Below, in pieces: positions 37,720 to 51,605 of a stretch of 62,000 nucleotides of DNA (the stretch's first letter is position 1; each line of letters begins with the position of its first letter). Both the position numbers and the translations under genes were made by a program. The DNA is taken from the NCBI RefSeq assembly GCF_004010195.1, contig NC_057753.1:2333285-2395284 (forward strand). The letters run 5' to 3'. The notes below the pieces were generated by a model, which saw nothing but the letters and a program-made list of their open reading frames with translations, searched no databases and was not told the DNA's origin. Source of the stretch: Chiloscyllium plagiosum. Taxonomy: Eukaryota.

Positions 37720-40490
37720 AGTCAGTACTTAATGACCACCTTTGCCACCCTTGAGAAAGTGGTAATGATGAGTTGTCTTCTTGAACCGCCTCAGTCCAGG
37801 TACTCCAATGCCATTAGGAGATGAGGTCCAGGATATTTGTCCAATGATACTGATGGTGCATAAGAAAATGTCAAGTTAAAACAATCATAGAATCATGGAA
37901 ACAGACCATTTCGCTCAAGTCCAAACCAACCCTCCGAAGAGTAACCCACTCTGACTAATTTCCCTCATCTATTACTCTACTTTTACCTTTGACTAACAAG
38001 GAGGGCTTAAAACAAGAAACTGCAAATGATTGTGTTCCAATTAATTTTCGTCCTTGCCGTTCTAGATGGTGGTAGTTGTGTATGTGAAAGATGCTGTTGC
38101 AGGAGCATTGCTGAATTTCTGCAGGGCGTAATGTATTTGTTATATGCACGTTAAACATTACTTCTATTGTGCGTCAGTGATGAAGAGAATGGATGCATAT
38201 GCATGTAATGCCAATGAAGTGGGCTGCTTTGTCGTTAGTTGTGTCAAGCTTCTTAAGTTTTGCCGGAGCTACGCAACTCGGGAATATTCCATCACACGCT
38301 AAACATTGACTTTTAGACAGTGGACAGGGCTTAGAGTGTGAGGGGGTAGGTTGCAGCCCATATATGGTCAGTCTATTTTCTGAACAGCAATAACCCCCAG
38401 GAAAGTAACAATGAAGGATTCAGTAATTGCAATGTCAATAAATGTGAAGAAACGGTGCTTAATTTCTCTTTCTGTTGGAGACAGCCATTGTTTGGCTCTT
38501 GTATGATACAAATATTTGTTGCACATTTCATCCAAAACTGGATAATGCTCAGCTTGCTGCGCATTTCGACAGAGATCACTGCAGCAGCTGAGGAATCGTC
38601 AGTAGTCATGAATTTGTGGAATCTCCTTCGATCATTGCCATGGCTTCTTTTCTTATGATGGAAGGAATATCACTGATGAAGCCTCTGAAGGTCCTTGGAA
38701 TGTGAACATACCATAAGGAACTCCGACAGAGAAGTGCAGGAGCTGAAATCACTGACTTCCACCAACCATAAATGTGTTCTTTTTGGTATGAGTACAACCA
38801 CAGGCCAGTTTTCCCAGATTCCTATTGATTCCAGTTTTGTTCTTGTAACTTGAAATAACACTCGTTGAAATTGGCGTTGGGGACAAGAATGGCAAATTTC
38901 GCCTGACTGTTTGAATCTAACTTTTTGTGCACGTTTGAATCAAGGTTGCAATTATTTCAGGAGCTGAATAGCCTTGTCTGAGTCCAAATGGACATCACTG
39001 AACAGAGTTTTGGAGAACCAGAACAATCACTGAACAGGTTAGTGCTGAGCATGAAAATGTGTTGCTGGAAAATCGCAGCTTGTCAGGCAGCATCCAAGGT
39101 ACAGGAGAATCGACGTTTCTGGCATGATCCCTTCTTCAGGAATCATGTTCATGCCTGAAACGTCGATTATCCTGTTCCTTGGATGCTGCCTGACCTGCTG
39201 CGCTTTTCCAGCAACACATTTTCAGCTCTGATCTCCAGCATCTGCAGTCCTCACTTTCTACTAGTGCTGAGCATGTACTGCTTCATAGCATTGTTGGTGA
39301 GAGCTTCTGTCACTTTGCTGATGCACAAGAGTAGACTGGTAGGATGGTAAGTTATTGGGTCGGATTTGACATTCTATTGTGTGCACGATACACTGCGACA
39401 ATTTTGTACATTGACAAGTAGATGCCACTGTTCTGCCTGTAGTTAATAGAATGGCGTGCAAGTGAGATATGCAATGGAGGGAATTCCTTGTGCACGGGTT
39501 ATCAGAATCCATTGCAGTGATATTTTCAGAGACCATAGCATTTGCAGTATCTCTTGTCTCCAATCGTTTCATGATGCCGCGTGGAGTCAATTGATTGACT
39601 GAAGGTTGGCATCAGTGATGCCAAGTACCACAGTAAGAGGCTGGAATTGATCATCCACTTGACACTTCCGGCTGTAGGTTCTTGCAAATGCTTCAATCTT
39701 AAATTTTAGTCTGATGGGCCGAATTGATGATGAAGATATTTGTAAATCTCCTCTTCCTCCAGTGTGTTAATTGTCCAGTATCATTTATGACTGTAGAAAA
39801 GCATGACAGAACTTCAAATTGATCCATTGATTATGGAATCACTTGACTTTGTCTTTAATTTGCTGCGTATGCCTTTTGGCAGACAAATGGTCCTTTTGAT
39901 ACGTTTGTCATGTTGGTGCATCATTTTAGTAACTCTCATATTGTTGCTTTTAGACCGTTCTCCGCAGATTCTTAAAAATCCCCTGCCTTGATGGTCATGG
40001 TGGAGATGGGGATTTGTCGGTCTTTGAGATTGCAGATTGCATTGGAGTACAATTCTGCTGTTGTTGGGTTCTCAGAACACTTCAGTCTCGAGTTGTTGGA
40101 TCTATTCAAACTTTGTTCCAATTAGCACAGTAATAGTGCCAGAAAGGGGGATAAACGGTTTTCTCAATATAAAAGCTGGACTTTGTCTCCACTAGTACTA
40201 TGTGGTACTAATTATAACTGATACTTCCATGGACAGATGCATCGGTCGCTGGCAGATTGGTGAGGTTGAGGTGAAGCACGGATTTCTCTCTTGTTGCCTC
40301 CCTCACCATTGACCTGGACCAGCAACAATGCTCACTCGGTCTCAGCTAACCAGGCACTAGTGCAGCTGTCGAGACCCTCTTGGTGTTTGTGATTAAAGTC
40401 CCGCACCCACACAACATTCCGTACACGTTGCACCCTCAGTGCTTACTCCAAGTGTTATTTGGCATGTATGAGTATTGATTCATGCGTTTG
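37720..40490 (-). mobile_element. Old CR1/L2-group LINE ORF2 remnant; direct paralog at ~53340-55190
   Basis: TPRGIMKRLETRDTANAMVSENI resembles the LINE ORF2 K..GPD.I region, followed by a frameshifted NYRPISLL-like segment. Colinear copy in the duplicated block. Confidence 0.7.
39054..39261. mobile_element. Penelope-like pLTR foldback insertion
   Basis: 14-bp target site duplication TAGTGCTGAGCATG (39040-53, 39262-75). Inverted arms. The paralogous site at ~54165 is empty. Confidence 0.88.
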
Positions 40491-41554
40491 TCAAATTGAG
40501 GTCAACATGTATGGAACTGCTCTGTCCACTATAGATGTCTTGGGATTGTGCTTTTAAAGTCTAAATTGATTTTAGGGTGATGGATATGATCTGCTTGGTT
40601 TGATACTCCAATCAATCTGTATCATATCACATGGATTGGCATAAACCTGAAATTGTACAGGCAGGATATGTCCATTCTGAAAAAGAAAATCTATAGTGAA
40701 TATAAAAATGTTGCACAGGACAATTTAGTATCCAATCCATCTGTTGAAACTTGATCAGGATTAAATGAAAAATAATTGAGATTCAATAGACTATTTTTCT
40801 GGAAACTGGAAATGCCAACAATGGATGTTCAGACGAAGAACTGATGAAATTCACACTGAATAACAACACAACTATCTGGTCTGCCAGGTAGCCTTTTGTT
40901 CGCAACTAGTTGAAATAGATGGCAATTGCGTACAAACTAGAGAAATTCTTGTTTATCATATCTATCATTGTGATGGATTGCCCTTTCACGGGAGCATATG
41001 AATACAGCGATGCTGCATTGTAGTTATTCAGCATGTCAGCTGGTTAGAATGAATCTGTTGACGTATGTTATTGAGGGAGTTTAATGAAAATGTGGGTGCA
41101 GAACATAACTTGCTTGAGCAAAAAACTACTGCTAAATTCACACATGCTAATAGAAAAAAGGTGAGCAACAAATTTGAGGGTGCAGTATTTGATATGACGA
41201 TGCTGAGGGCAACACTGATTATTGCAACTATCCATATCATATATAACAAAACTGACATGGACCAATATGCAAATCCATATGCACCATTCGAGACAAAATA
41301 TTTAACTACGTATGTCTATAGTATATAAACAGTCCCGTGTAATAAAATTTATGTCCTGTCTCAGAGAGATTAGCAATGACCCTGACTAATCATTGCGCTG
41401 ATTGCAATTTTTTTCTAAAAAGCATTATATTTTTGATTGTATTGTGTCATGAACAACGATGTTCTGTCGAGACAATCGTCGTCTGCACCTTCTATATTTG
41501 AAAAGGCAAGTGTGTTATTATGTCATCCCTTGGTTTTTTCACTTTATTACCATG

Positions 41555-41723
41555 CAGGTCAGGCAGCATCCAGCGAACAGGAGAATCGACGTTTCGGGCA
41601 TAAGCCCTTCTTCAGGAACGTCGAATCTCCTGTTCCCTGGATGGTGCCTGACCTGCTGCGCTTTTCCAGCAACACATTTTCAGCTCTGATCTTCAGCATC
41701 TGCAGACCTCACTTTCTCCCCAT
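41555..41723. mobile_element. Penelope-like pLTR foldback insertion upstream of orphan exon 1
   Basis: 12-bp target site duplication TTTATTACCATG (41543-54, 41724-35). Empty at paralogous sites ~10380 and ~59745. Hammerhead core on the minus strand at 41584-41618. Confidence 0.88.
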
Positions 41724-41926
41724 TTTATTACCATGTCAAACTTCCTGAAAGCCAAAAACATTCTGTCCCAACTAACAAAATTTATCTGGCAGCAGATGCA
41801 CTCGTCTTATTGCTAAATTAATTTTTAATAAAACAACCAACTAATTAGCCCCCTGGTATCTGGTATTGGGTATAATTACCACCAATCTTCAGTGAATTAC
41901 AGAATTCGCTCAGAGCTTCACCAGAA

Positions 41927-41996
41927 ATGCATGGAAAACCAAGTGGTTTACTGTTTTCCATTTACTATCCCATCCTTGCAGTTATCGGGATTCCAG
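41927..41996 (+). other. Intact GPR139-like first exon C with no cognate exon 2 (MHGKPSGLLFSIYYPILAVIGIP+G)
   Basis: 70 nt, ATG, CCAG|GTAAAG. About 1 kb of upstream sequence is homologous to gene A. Intron homology stops at ~42065. Confidence 0.85.
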
Positions 41997-42099
41997 GTAA
42001 AGTATTGGACTTACTTCGTAACTGGTTCAATCATCACTGAACTGCATCATTTGTTCAATTTTATCAGTTATTTGCCATTCAAATACTAATTTTAAACTG

Positions 42100-43160
42100 A
42101 TGGTAGAACCTGTGTGAAATGAACTTTCTGAGGAAGTGGTGGATGTGGGTACAATTAAAAGACATTTGGATAAGTACGTGAATTAGAACGGTTTGGAGGG
42201 ATTCAGTCCAGGAGCACGCAGGAGGGGCCAGTTTAATTTGTGATTCCGGTTGAACAGGAAGTCTGTTTCCATGCTGTATGACTCTATAGCAGGTTCATAG
42301 ATCCTTGAATGTGGATTCGCTTGAAGACAGGTTCGTGAAGATGTTTGGCATGCTAATCTTTATTGGTCAGTGCATTGAGTACAAGAGTTGGGAGGTCATC
42401 TTGCAGCTGTACAGGACATTGTACAGGCCACTTTTGAAGTATTGCATGCAATTCTGGTACCAGTGATCCCACTCTGCAACAGCACACTAGAGATAGTGAC
42501 TAAAATTGGCTGGGACACGGATAGAATCATAAAATCCCTACAGTGCAGAATGAGGCCATTTGCCTCATTGAATGCATTCACCATAAGAGTTGGAATGTCA
42601 TGTTTAAGTAATATAGGACATTGGTCAGGCCACTTTTGGATATATTACATTCGATTCCGGTCTCCCTGGTATAGGATAGCAAAGATGTTGTGAAACTTGA
42701 AAGGCTGCAGAAAGGATTAGGACGGATGTCACCAGGGTTAGTAGTAGTATAAGGGGAGGATTAAAAGCATGGAAATGTTTTCCTGGAGCGTCGGAGGCTG
42801 AGAGGTGACCATTGAGGTTTATGAAATCATGAAGGGCACGGAAAAGATAAATAGACAAGGTCTTTTCCCTGAAGTGGGCATGTCAAAACGAGAGGTTTAA
42901 GGTGAGAAGAGAAAGGTTTAAAATGGACCTGAGGGGCAACAGGTTCACGCAAAAGGTGTTGCGTACATGGAATGAGCTGCTAGAGGAAGTGGCCAGTATA
43001 TTGACATTTAAAAGACATCTGAATGTGTGTGTGAATAAGAAGGGCTTGGAGGGATATGGGCCAAGTGCTGGCAAATGGAATTAGATTTCTACAGGACATC
43101 TTGTCACATGGATGCATTGGAACAAAAAGTCTATTTCCGTGCTGTATATCTCTATGCCTG
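42100..43160 (+). mobile_element. Stacked CR1 3' fragments
   Basis: RRERFKMDLRGNRFTQKVLRTWNEL...FKRHL, plus 3' UTR-like tails at ~42280 and ~43150. Confidence 0.8.
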
Positions 43161-45019
43161 TTTGATAACAGATGCTTTATTTCAATTGATATAAATATTG
43201 TTATAAATAATATTGAGTTGCAAGGGAGAGAGAATTCCTCATATAGGGCACAATAAGAATCATAGGAGACCCCTATTTCTGGTTTACTTCCTAATGAACA
43301 AACATTAACCATAAGCATCGACTACACATTCATTTCTAATTTTGTTTCACTTTTCTCATTTTATTCGCTGCTTTCATGACACTTTGTGTTTGGATGATTG
43401 ACAGGCTGGGAGATTGTGTCTTGATTGACTGAATGGCGTCTTGATATGGAAGGTGTAAAAGGGGTTAAATCTTCAGCAGAAATCCAGCGGAACTGAGAAC
43501 AGACGAGATATTACTTTGAGGGAACAGGGAGATGAACAGAGAACAGGGAAAACAGGACCTGAAATCCAAGATGACACCAGATCACTATGTTATCAGTGCT
43601 TTGATAGTAGTGCAAATCCTCTACATTTACCTAGCTTCCCATTTATTTTGAGTGGCACGTACTCCCTCGATATTTATGAACCAATCCTTGTCATCCTGAA
43701 GCCATGTCTCTATAAAGAGTCTCAGATCATATTTATTCTCTTCACGGTGTGCAGTCAATTCAAACACTGCTGTTACAATGCAGCACACATTCAGACACAC
43801 AGTTCTTAGTTTCAAGTTTTGTGATATTTTGAATCCAGTTTGCATTGTAGTCCCTTTACTCTCCTTGTCCCGTTTCATCATTTTCGAATGTTATGTTCAA
43901 TCACTACATTGCTTACCTGCCTTCGTTTGCATTGACCATGCTAAATTGCTTATAGTGTCCAGCGATGTACAGGTTGGGTGGGCTAGCCATAGGAAATGCA
44001 GAGTTATAGTATTCGTAGTAATAGAAGCAGGGGTAGGCCATTTGGCCCATCGAGACTGCTCCTCTATTCATTAGGATCATGGCTGATCTATCCATCGTCT
44101 CAGCTCCACCTACCTGCATTGTCACAAAAAATCCCTAATTAACCTACCATGCAAAAACTCATACAACGGGGTGTTGAAAATACTGGATGAAGTTGCATCT
44201 ACTGCTTCCTTGGACAGAGCATTTCATAGATTCACTATTCTCTAGGAAAAGCAGTTGCTCCTCATCTCTTTCTTAAATCTATTCCCCCTAATCTTGAGGA
44301 TATGTCCCCTAGTCCTAGTTTCACTGACCATCAGAGACGACTGGATAGGATGAGGTGTGGGTGAGTGTGGGTGATATTCGCTTAGGAAGGGTCAGCGTGG
44401 ACGTGGTACTCTGAATGCCCTGCTTCCACACTGTAACGCTTCTGAGATTTCCCGCAGTTGTGTTTGCCCCAGATCACAGCATGCAAACCTCCCACCTTCT
44501 GCAAATCTAAAGATAATTCCCACCCTGCACTCTTGTATGTGTGTTTTCTGACTGCTTAATCGCTTCTAGTGAATACCGCCCCACCTCCAGCTGCTGCCAG
44601 TAAACTTCACAATGCTGATGAAACAATGCAATACCTGCAGCCCTAAAAACCTTTAGGCTTCTAACAATATCAGTTACTGATTCACCGCACGTTCTGATGC
44701 ATAGCCTTGGAAATACAATGTTGGAGGCTGTGAGTAATGAACAGTTTAAAACGAAAGCACACCTAAAACTTCACTACGTTGCCTCCTCAGCACACTTTAT
44801 TTACTGGCAGTAAACCTTAAAGCGTTTCATCTCAACAGTGCAATGAGTTCTCACCTTCAGCAAAAATTCTGTTGTACTCACTCATTCACTCACCCAGTTG
44901 CTGTCTCACAAATGAAAGATTTTACTGTAACTTCTGTTCGCAGTAGTGGCAAAGCATATTTGAAAGCTGCTTTGAAAGCCGGTGCTCACAACAACATTTC
45001 TGCTTTTCCTGATTACGAT

Positions 45020-46760
45020 TAGATTCATACAGCACTGAAACATGGGTTGTTTGGTCGAATTCATCCGGGCCGATAAAATAACCTTAAGTAATCTAGTCCC
45101 ATTTGCCAGCATTTGACCCATATTCTTCCCAACCCTTCCTATTCATATACCCATCCAGATGCCTTTTAGATATTGTAACTGTACTAGCCTCCATCAGTTT
45201 CTCTGATTGTTCGGACCACCCTCTGTGTGAAAACGTTACCTCGCTGCTCCGTTTTAAATATTTCCCCTCTCATCTCAAAGCTATGCCCTCTAGTTGTGGA
45301 CACCCGTATTTTGGGGGAAAAGATCTTGGCTATTTACCATATCCATGCCTCTTATGGATTTCTATATTTCACCTCTCAGCTTCCAATACTCCGAGGAAAT
45401 GAGCTCCAGCCTATTCTGACTCCAACTCTGGCATCAACCCTGCAAAACCTTTCTGAACCATTTCAAAGTTTCACAACATCTTCCTCTAGCAGGGAGACGA
45501 GAACTGTATGTAGTATTCCAGAAGTGGCCGAACCAATGTCCTATACAGCCACAGAACTGACCTCCAAACTTCTATACTCAATGCACTGACCAATAAAGGC
45601 AAGGCTTCTTCACTACCATGTCACCTGCGACTACACTTTCAAGATTGTGTAAACCTGCACCACAAGTTAACTTTGTTCTGCAACACTCCCCTTAACTGTG
45701 CAAATTCTGCCGTGATTTCCCTTTCCCTATCTCATAATTATCAAAATTAAACTCCACCTGTCACTCCTCAGCCCATCGGCCCATCAGCCCATCCAATCAA
45801 TTCCAATTTACATCGAAACTTATTTCCTCTCTTAGTCCCTAAAATCTGAAAAGCTCCATCCCACAAACACTCCCTGCATTCTCGCTTTACTGAACCTAAT
45901 CACTGTTGTACCTCATCCTGGAGGGTCTGGTTCATGCTTTTACCGGCTCACACTCAGTGGGATGTCACTGAAACATACAGAATACTGAACAGCTAGTAGA
46001 GAGTGGACGCTGGGAAAATGTTTCCACTGACAGGAGAGATTAGGACCCGATGGCACATCCTTGGAATAAAGGGAAGACTATTAAGAACTGAGATAAGGAG
46101 AAACTTCTTCCACCAGAAAGTGGTGACACTATGCAATTCACTACCACAGAAGGTTGTGGATGCCAGGTGGTGGAGTATATTAAAGACTGAGATAGATAGG
46201 CTCATGAGTATCAAAGGGATCAAGGGTTATAGGGAGAATAAGGTTGAGAAACGTATCAGCCAGGATTTAATAGCAGAGCAGACCCGACGGACTAAATGGC
46301 CAAACTTCTATCACAATGTCTTATGTTCCCTTGCTATCCTGGACACAGAGTGTGAGAATTTGGAGTAGGAGTAGGTCATTTGGTCTTGCACCAGCAATGA
46401 ACAGATCCTAACTAGATATGACCCTGCCTACATCTCGGTGGATAGACTGAGACTTTTTTTTTCACTGGAGCATAGGAAGGTTAGGGGTGACCTTAGAGAA
46501 GTTAAAAGAACACATAAGATCATTAGACCGTAAGACCTAGGAGTGGAAGTAACGCCATTCGGCCCATCGAGTCCACTCCAACATTTACTCATGGCTGATG
46601 GGCATTTCAACCCCACTGACACACACTCCTTCCGTTGCACTTAATTCCTTGCGAGATCAAGAATTCAACAATCTCTGCCATGAAGGCCTTTAACGTCCCG
46701 GCTTCCACTGCCCTCCATGGCAACGAATTCCACAGGCCGACCACTCTCTGGCTGAGTGAA
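45020..46760. mobile_element. Cluster of CR1 3' fragments (45020-45790 -, 45960-46330 +, 46510-46755 -)
   Basis: RRNFFHQKVVTLCNSLPQKVV in ORF 46003..46368. Reverse-complement CR1 tails at ~45025 and ~46515. Confidence 0.8.
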
Positions 46761-46769
46761 TCCTATCCA

Positions 46770-47490
46770 GCAACAGTGGCAGCCGAACGGTGTATCCTCG
46801 GTGTACCCACTTGTGGATCAGCAGTTTAGATGACTGAGTAAACTCCCTCCAACACACGTAGCAAAGGAAGGCCTTCTCTCCCATGTGGAACCTCTCGTGC
46901 GTCTGCAGGTTTCACATCTGACTGAATCCCTGCCAGCTCACTGAGCAGGTGAAAGGCCTCGCCCCGATGTTGACTGGCAGGTGTGTCTGCAGCTGGGATG
47001 GTTGAGTGAATCCTTCCACCCATCGACAGCAGACGAACACTGGTGCATCAGCAGGATGCACAGCCAACTTAAATTCCTGGTATCAACGTGCCTGTGCATT
47101 TCCAGCACTGATGGGGTATGGAATCCTTTCCCACAGATCCTACATTTCCATGGTTTCCCCATGTATTGCTCTGGGTTTACCGGCTAGCTTAATGACAAAC
47201 AGAATGGGTACACAGTCTGTCCCCACATTGCATGGTGAGATTTTGATTCCCCAAGCCGAGTAAATAGTTTCATGCACTTTTGACATTCAGTGCATTGAAT
47301 CTCTGTCACTCGGTTCTCTCAGTATTGTTCCTGCCACACCAGTGTCCAAAATCCCTCAACCAGACAAAAGCAAGCATTATTTCTCGATTTGAATGGCTGC
47401 TGATATTAAAGTCACAATGAATCAAGTCGGTCTGTCAGAAGTTGAATGATCATTTGCTTTCAGATTTCTTCGCAGATATGTTCCTGCAAA
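46770..47490 (-). pseudogene. C2H2 zinc-finger pseudogene (several degenerate fingers); upstream region extends to ~48620
   Basis: MGKPWKCRICGKGFHTPSVLEMHRHV, GEAFHL and MGEKAFLCYVCWREFTQSSKLLIHKWVH occur in shifting frames. Minus-strand acceptor TTTTTGCAG at ~47485. Confidence 0.85.
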
Positions 47491-49899
47491 AATAAATTCA
47501 CAAACTAAGTGATTACTGTCAGTGCAGTTAAATCAACATAACAATGATGGCACTTCCTGTAGATTGCCAGAGGCCTACGATTCACATATTGTCCAGGACA
47601 CTGAAAGCAGAAAGACCTCATCCAAACAGCTAGCATTAAGGAAATATGGACAGGAACTTCAGTTATGTCACAATGACCCGGAACAAGTTGCACACAAAGG
47701 TACTGGAAATGGTGCTGAATCAAGGACATGATAATGGCATGTCAAGACTGCTTGAAAAAATAAAGCCAGTAAAGTTGCTGAATGACTTCCTGCCATCCTA
47801 TGAAATTAAAAAAGATGACAAGAAATATATGATGCTACTCCATGACTATATTCAAAGGTTAAAAAATAGTAGTCATGAAGCTTTTACAATAGCCAATAAT
47901 ATCAGATATACGCCATATGAAGCAACATACATCTACGTTCTATATCAATATGCCAATCCTTCAAACGTAGCTCAACTCCATACGTAACTACCAGTTTTAA
48001 TTGTGAACATGAAGAAAGAACAAATTCTTCTTTAGAGTGCAAAACGGCATACGTGGCAAGCTGAGGGAATACACAATGGAAGTGTCTTTAAGGGACAGAG
48101 AGCATCTGAAAACCTTTGAAGAGTCTGCTCCCTCCCTGGCTTCACTCCAGTTTCTAGAAGTGAACAGCGTCCCCCCGCCCCCTCCCCCCACCAGGATCCT
48201 GAATGGAAAGAGGGAGACATTTCTTTGCTCCCAGATGTCGCCCAGAGGGAAGGAGTTTCCCTCGAAACTAACAGGGCTACTTCCGCGTTATGATGTCACA
48301 ATGGGGAGGCGGGGGGGGAGGGGGGAGCAGTGGGCCCGCACTGCGCCTGAGCTGCTGTGCAGCTGAGGAAGGTGGGGAGGGGAGGAACCTTTGCAAACGT
48401 CCTTCACTCTTCTCTAATCAATATGGTTTGAGTTTAAGCAAAGCACGGGGTTTCATTGTATCTGCACACTCACAGAAAACCTCCTCCTCTGTGAATGTAA
48501 CACTTTACTCCCTCTTCCACTCCATGGAAAAAGCGCTTTGTGAGACTCCAGAATTGGATTTGCTACCATAATCGCTGTAGGGTGTTTGGTAGAAAGCGTT
48601 TTTTTTCCTGAACCGTTACAATTCAAACTCATTCTTGCCATTGAAATACTAATGTTGCACAGAGGGTGGTTCATGGATGGAATGAACTTCTTGAGGAAGT
48701 AGTGGATTCGGGTATAATGAAAAACACATACGGATACATAAATACATAAAAGTTTAGAGGGATACAGCGCAGGAGCAGGCAAGAGGGATTAGTTTAATTT
48801 ATGATTGTGGTTGCCATGGACTGGTTGGTCCAAAGTACTGATTCCGTGCTGTTTGAAACGATCGCAGGTTCATAGTTCCTTGAAAGTGGAGTCGCAGGAA
48901 GACAGGAGAGTGAACGTGTTTAGCACGCTTGGCTGTATTGGTCGGTGCATTGAGCATAGGAGTTGATAGCGGATGTTGCGCCTGTACAGGACATTGGTTC
49001 GACCATTTATTAATTGCGCGCAATTCTAATATATGTGACCGCACCCTGACACACCATACATCACAAATCTTAACTGAAATTGACTGGGACACCAGGTAGA
49101 TGAATTAGTCAAAAAGAGGTAACAACTGAAGAAGGATGACTGCCGCATATTGAAGGAATAACAAACATCGAGAGAGAAAAAGGTGGCTTCAATTGATTTG
49201 GCAGGAGATCAAAGAAAGGATAAAGAGTTGTAAAAAGTATGGGAAGGAATCAAAGGAATGTTTCCGTTAAAAGATTGTAATCCAGAGACATATTGTGGGA
49301 ACGTTCATTTAAATCTTAATATGATTTCTATTATAGGTAAGGGAACCTGTTGTTATTAGCAGATCTGTGCTGTACGTTAATCCTCAGCTGTCAAACACCC
49401 TCTGAATAATTAGCAATCGTCAAGGAAGTTCGGCCAAGTCAATTTGTTATGGTGCTGAAATAACAACTGCTAGTGGTTATTTCAGGTGGTGTGAAATTGA
49501 CTTCATCAACTATATATTGATTTATGATCTAATCTGCTCTGGAGAAGATACTACGAATGAGCCACAGAACATGAGCTTGAAGCCATCAATTTAAGGAATG
49601 AAAATTTCCACCCTCCCAGCCATTCTCTACACAGCATTCAATTTGCAAGTTGTGGTGTTGTTGTTTAACGCCCTCAGCTACAGTTACACCGAACATCTTA
49701 ACACGTATAAGACCGATCTTGGTGATATTCCTGCAGTCATTCCGTTGCATAATATCACTCATCTCAAACTACTTAAGGCCTGCGCAGACTGGAAAATTCG
49801 TTAGATTTTGTCTTGGTGCTTTCCTTCCAAGAGTTATTTCTTCTGGCTGCATTTTGGGCGGCAATGATGTTCTTTTTTGCATATTGTCGCAAGATACAG

Positions 49900-51605
49900 A
49901 CCAAGGTGCCACGGTCAGGGATGTCTGTGATCGAGTCCACAGGATTCTTAAGGGGGAGTGTGAGGTGTCAGAAGCCGTGATACACACGGTGGGAAGCTAA
50001 ACGTCAGGACGCACAACGTAGTAATTTTAAGATTGCTACCGCAGCCATTGGCAAGTGATGGTCGTGTGAAGGGACATTGGATGACCAGACATGCGGAACA
50101 TCTCGTCATGAGGAAGAAGGGATCTTACTTAATTTTGAGGAGATAAAGATCAGACAGTGCTCTAGATGGTTGCAAGTTAGCCAGGTAGGAACTGAAGAAT
50201 GGGCTTAGCAAGGTAAAAGTGGGCAAGAAAAAAGCCTATGCGGTTAGGAAAAGGAAAACCCCAAGGCATTCTACACTTATGTGAGGAACAAGACGATGGT
50301 CAGAGTGCGGGTAGGACCGGTCAGGGATAATAGAGGGAGCTTGTGTCTGGTGTTCGAGGAGGTTGGAGAGGTCATTAATGAATACTTTACTTTAGTATTC
50401 ACTAGTGAGAGGGACATTGTCGTTTGTGAGAAAAGAGTGAAGCAGGCTCATATGCTCGAACAGTTTGATGTTAAGAAGGAGCATGCACTGGAAATTTTGA
50501 AAGACATGAGGATATAGAAGTCCCCTGGGCGAGATGGGATATAACCCAAGGTTTCTTTGGAAATCAAGGGAAGAAATTGCCGTGACTTTGGCGATGAACT
50601 TTGCATCCTCACTGTCCACTGGAGTGCTGCCAAATGAGTGGAAGTTGGCAAATGTCATTCACTTGTTCAATAAAGGGAACAGGGACAACAATAGGAATTC
50701 TCGACTAGACAGTCTTACATCAGTGCTGGGCAAATTATTGGAGAGGATTTGTGATTATTTGGACAGGCATAGATTAGATTACTTACCGTGTGGAAACAGG
50801 CCCTTCGGCCCAACAAGTCCACACCGACCCGCCGAAGCGCAACCCACCCATACCCGTACATTTACCCCTTTAACCTAACACTACGGGCAATTTAGCATGG
50901 CCAATTCACCTGACCCGCACATCTTTGATTAGAGACAGCCATCATGGCTTTGAGAGGTGAAGGTTATGCCTCACAAAAGTTCTTGAATTCTTTCAGATGT
51001 GACAAAACACATTGATGAAGGTAGAGCCGTGCATATGGTGTACACGGGTCAGTTTCTCCATGATAGGATTATTCTGAAAGTAAATAGGTATTGGATATAA
51101 GGAAATCTGGCTGTATGGTGACAGAATTGGCTGGTCCAAAGAAGACAACGAGTGGCAGTCGATAGAAAGTATTCAGCCTGGAGCTCGGTGACTGAGGTGC
51201 TCCGCAGGGATTTGTTCTGGGACCTCTTCTCTTTGTGAATTTTATAAATGACTTGGATGAGGAAGCGGAAGGATGAGTTTTCAAGTATGCTGATGACAGG
51301 AAGGTTGATGGAGATGTGCATAGTGTTGAGGGCTGTTGAAGTTTGAAACAGGACTCTGACAAGATGCAGAACTGGACTGTGAACTGACAGATAGAGTTCA
51401 TCTGGAAAAGTGTGAAACAATTTATTTTGGATGGTCGAAGTTGGATGCAGATTACGGGGTTAAAGGCAGGATTGTTGGCAGGAACAGAGGGGTCTTGAAT
51501 TTCACGTTTGTAGATGTCTCAAAGATGCCATCCAAGTTGACAGGGTTGTTCAGAAGGCGTATGGTGTGTTGGCTTTCATTAGCAGCGGGATTGAATTTAA
51601 GAGCA
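49900..51605 (+). mobile_element. Degenerate CR1 LINE (ORF1 piece plus ORF2), with a nested young 5'-truncated HE1-like SINE at ~50770-50927(-)
   Basis: RVHRILKGE, RVRVGPVRD, WKLANVIHLFNKG and KYADD motifs. The SINE segment is the reverse complement of the 3' half of the 10927 copy. Confidence 0.87.

Noticed and set aside
23205..41723. CRISPR-like or prokaryotic system suggested by recurring palindromic repeats
   Set aside because: The repeats are dispersed retroelement insertions with target site duplications in a eukaryotic, intron-containing context. There is no repeat-spacer array and no cas gene.
43160..45010. Search for an exon 2 belonging to exon C
   Set aside because: I found only LINE and SINE fragments and unassignable sequence, with no NL.VI.ILS, DRF or NPFIY-like traces by eye.
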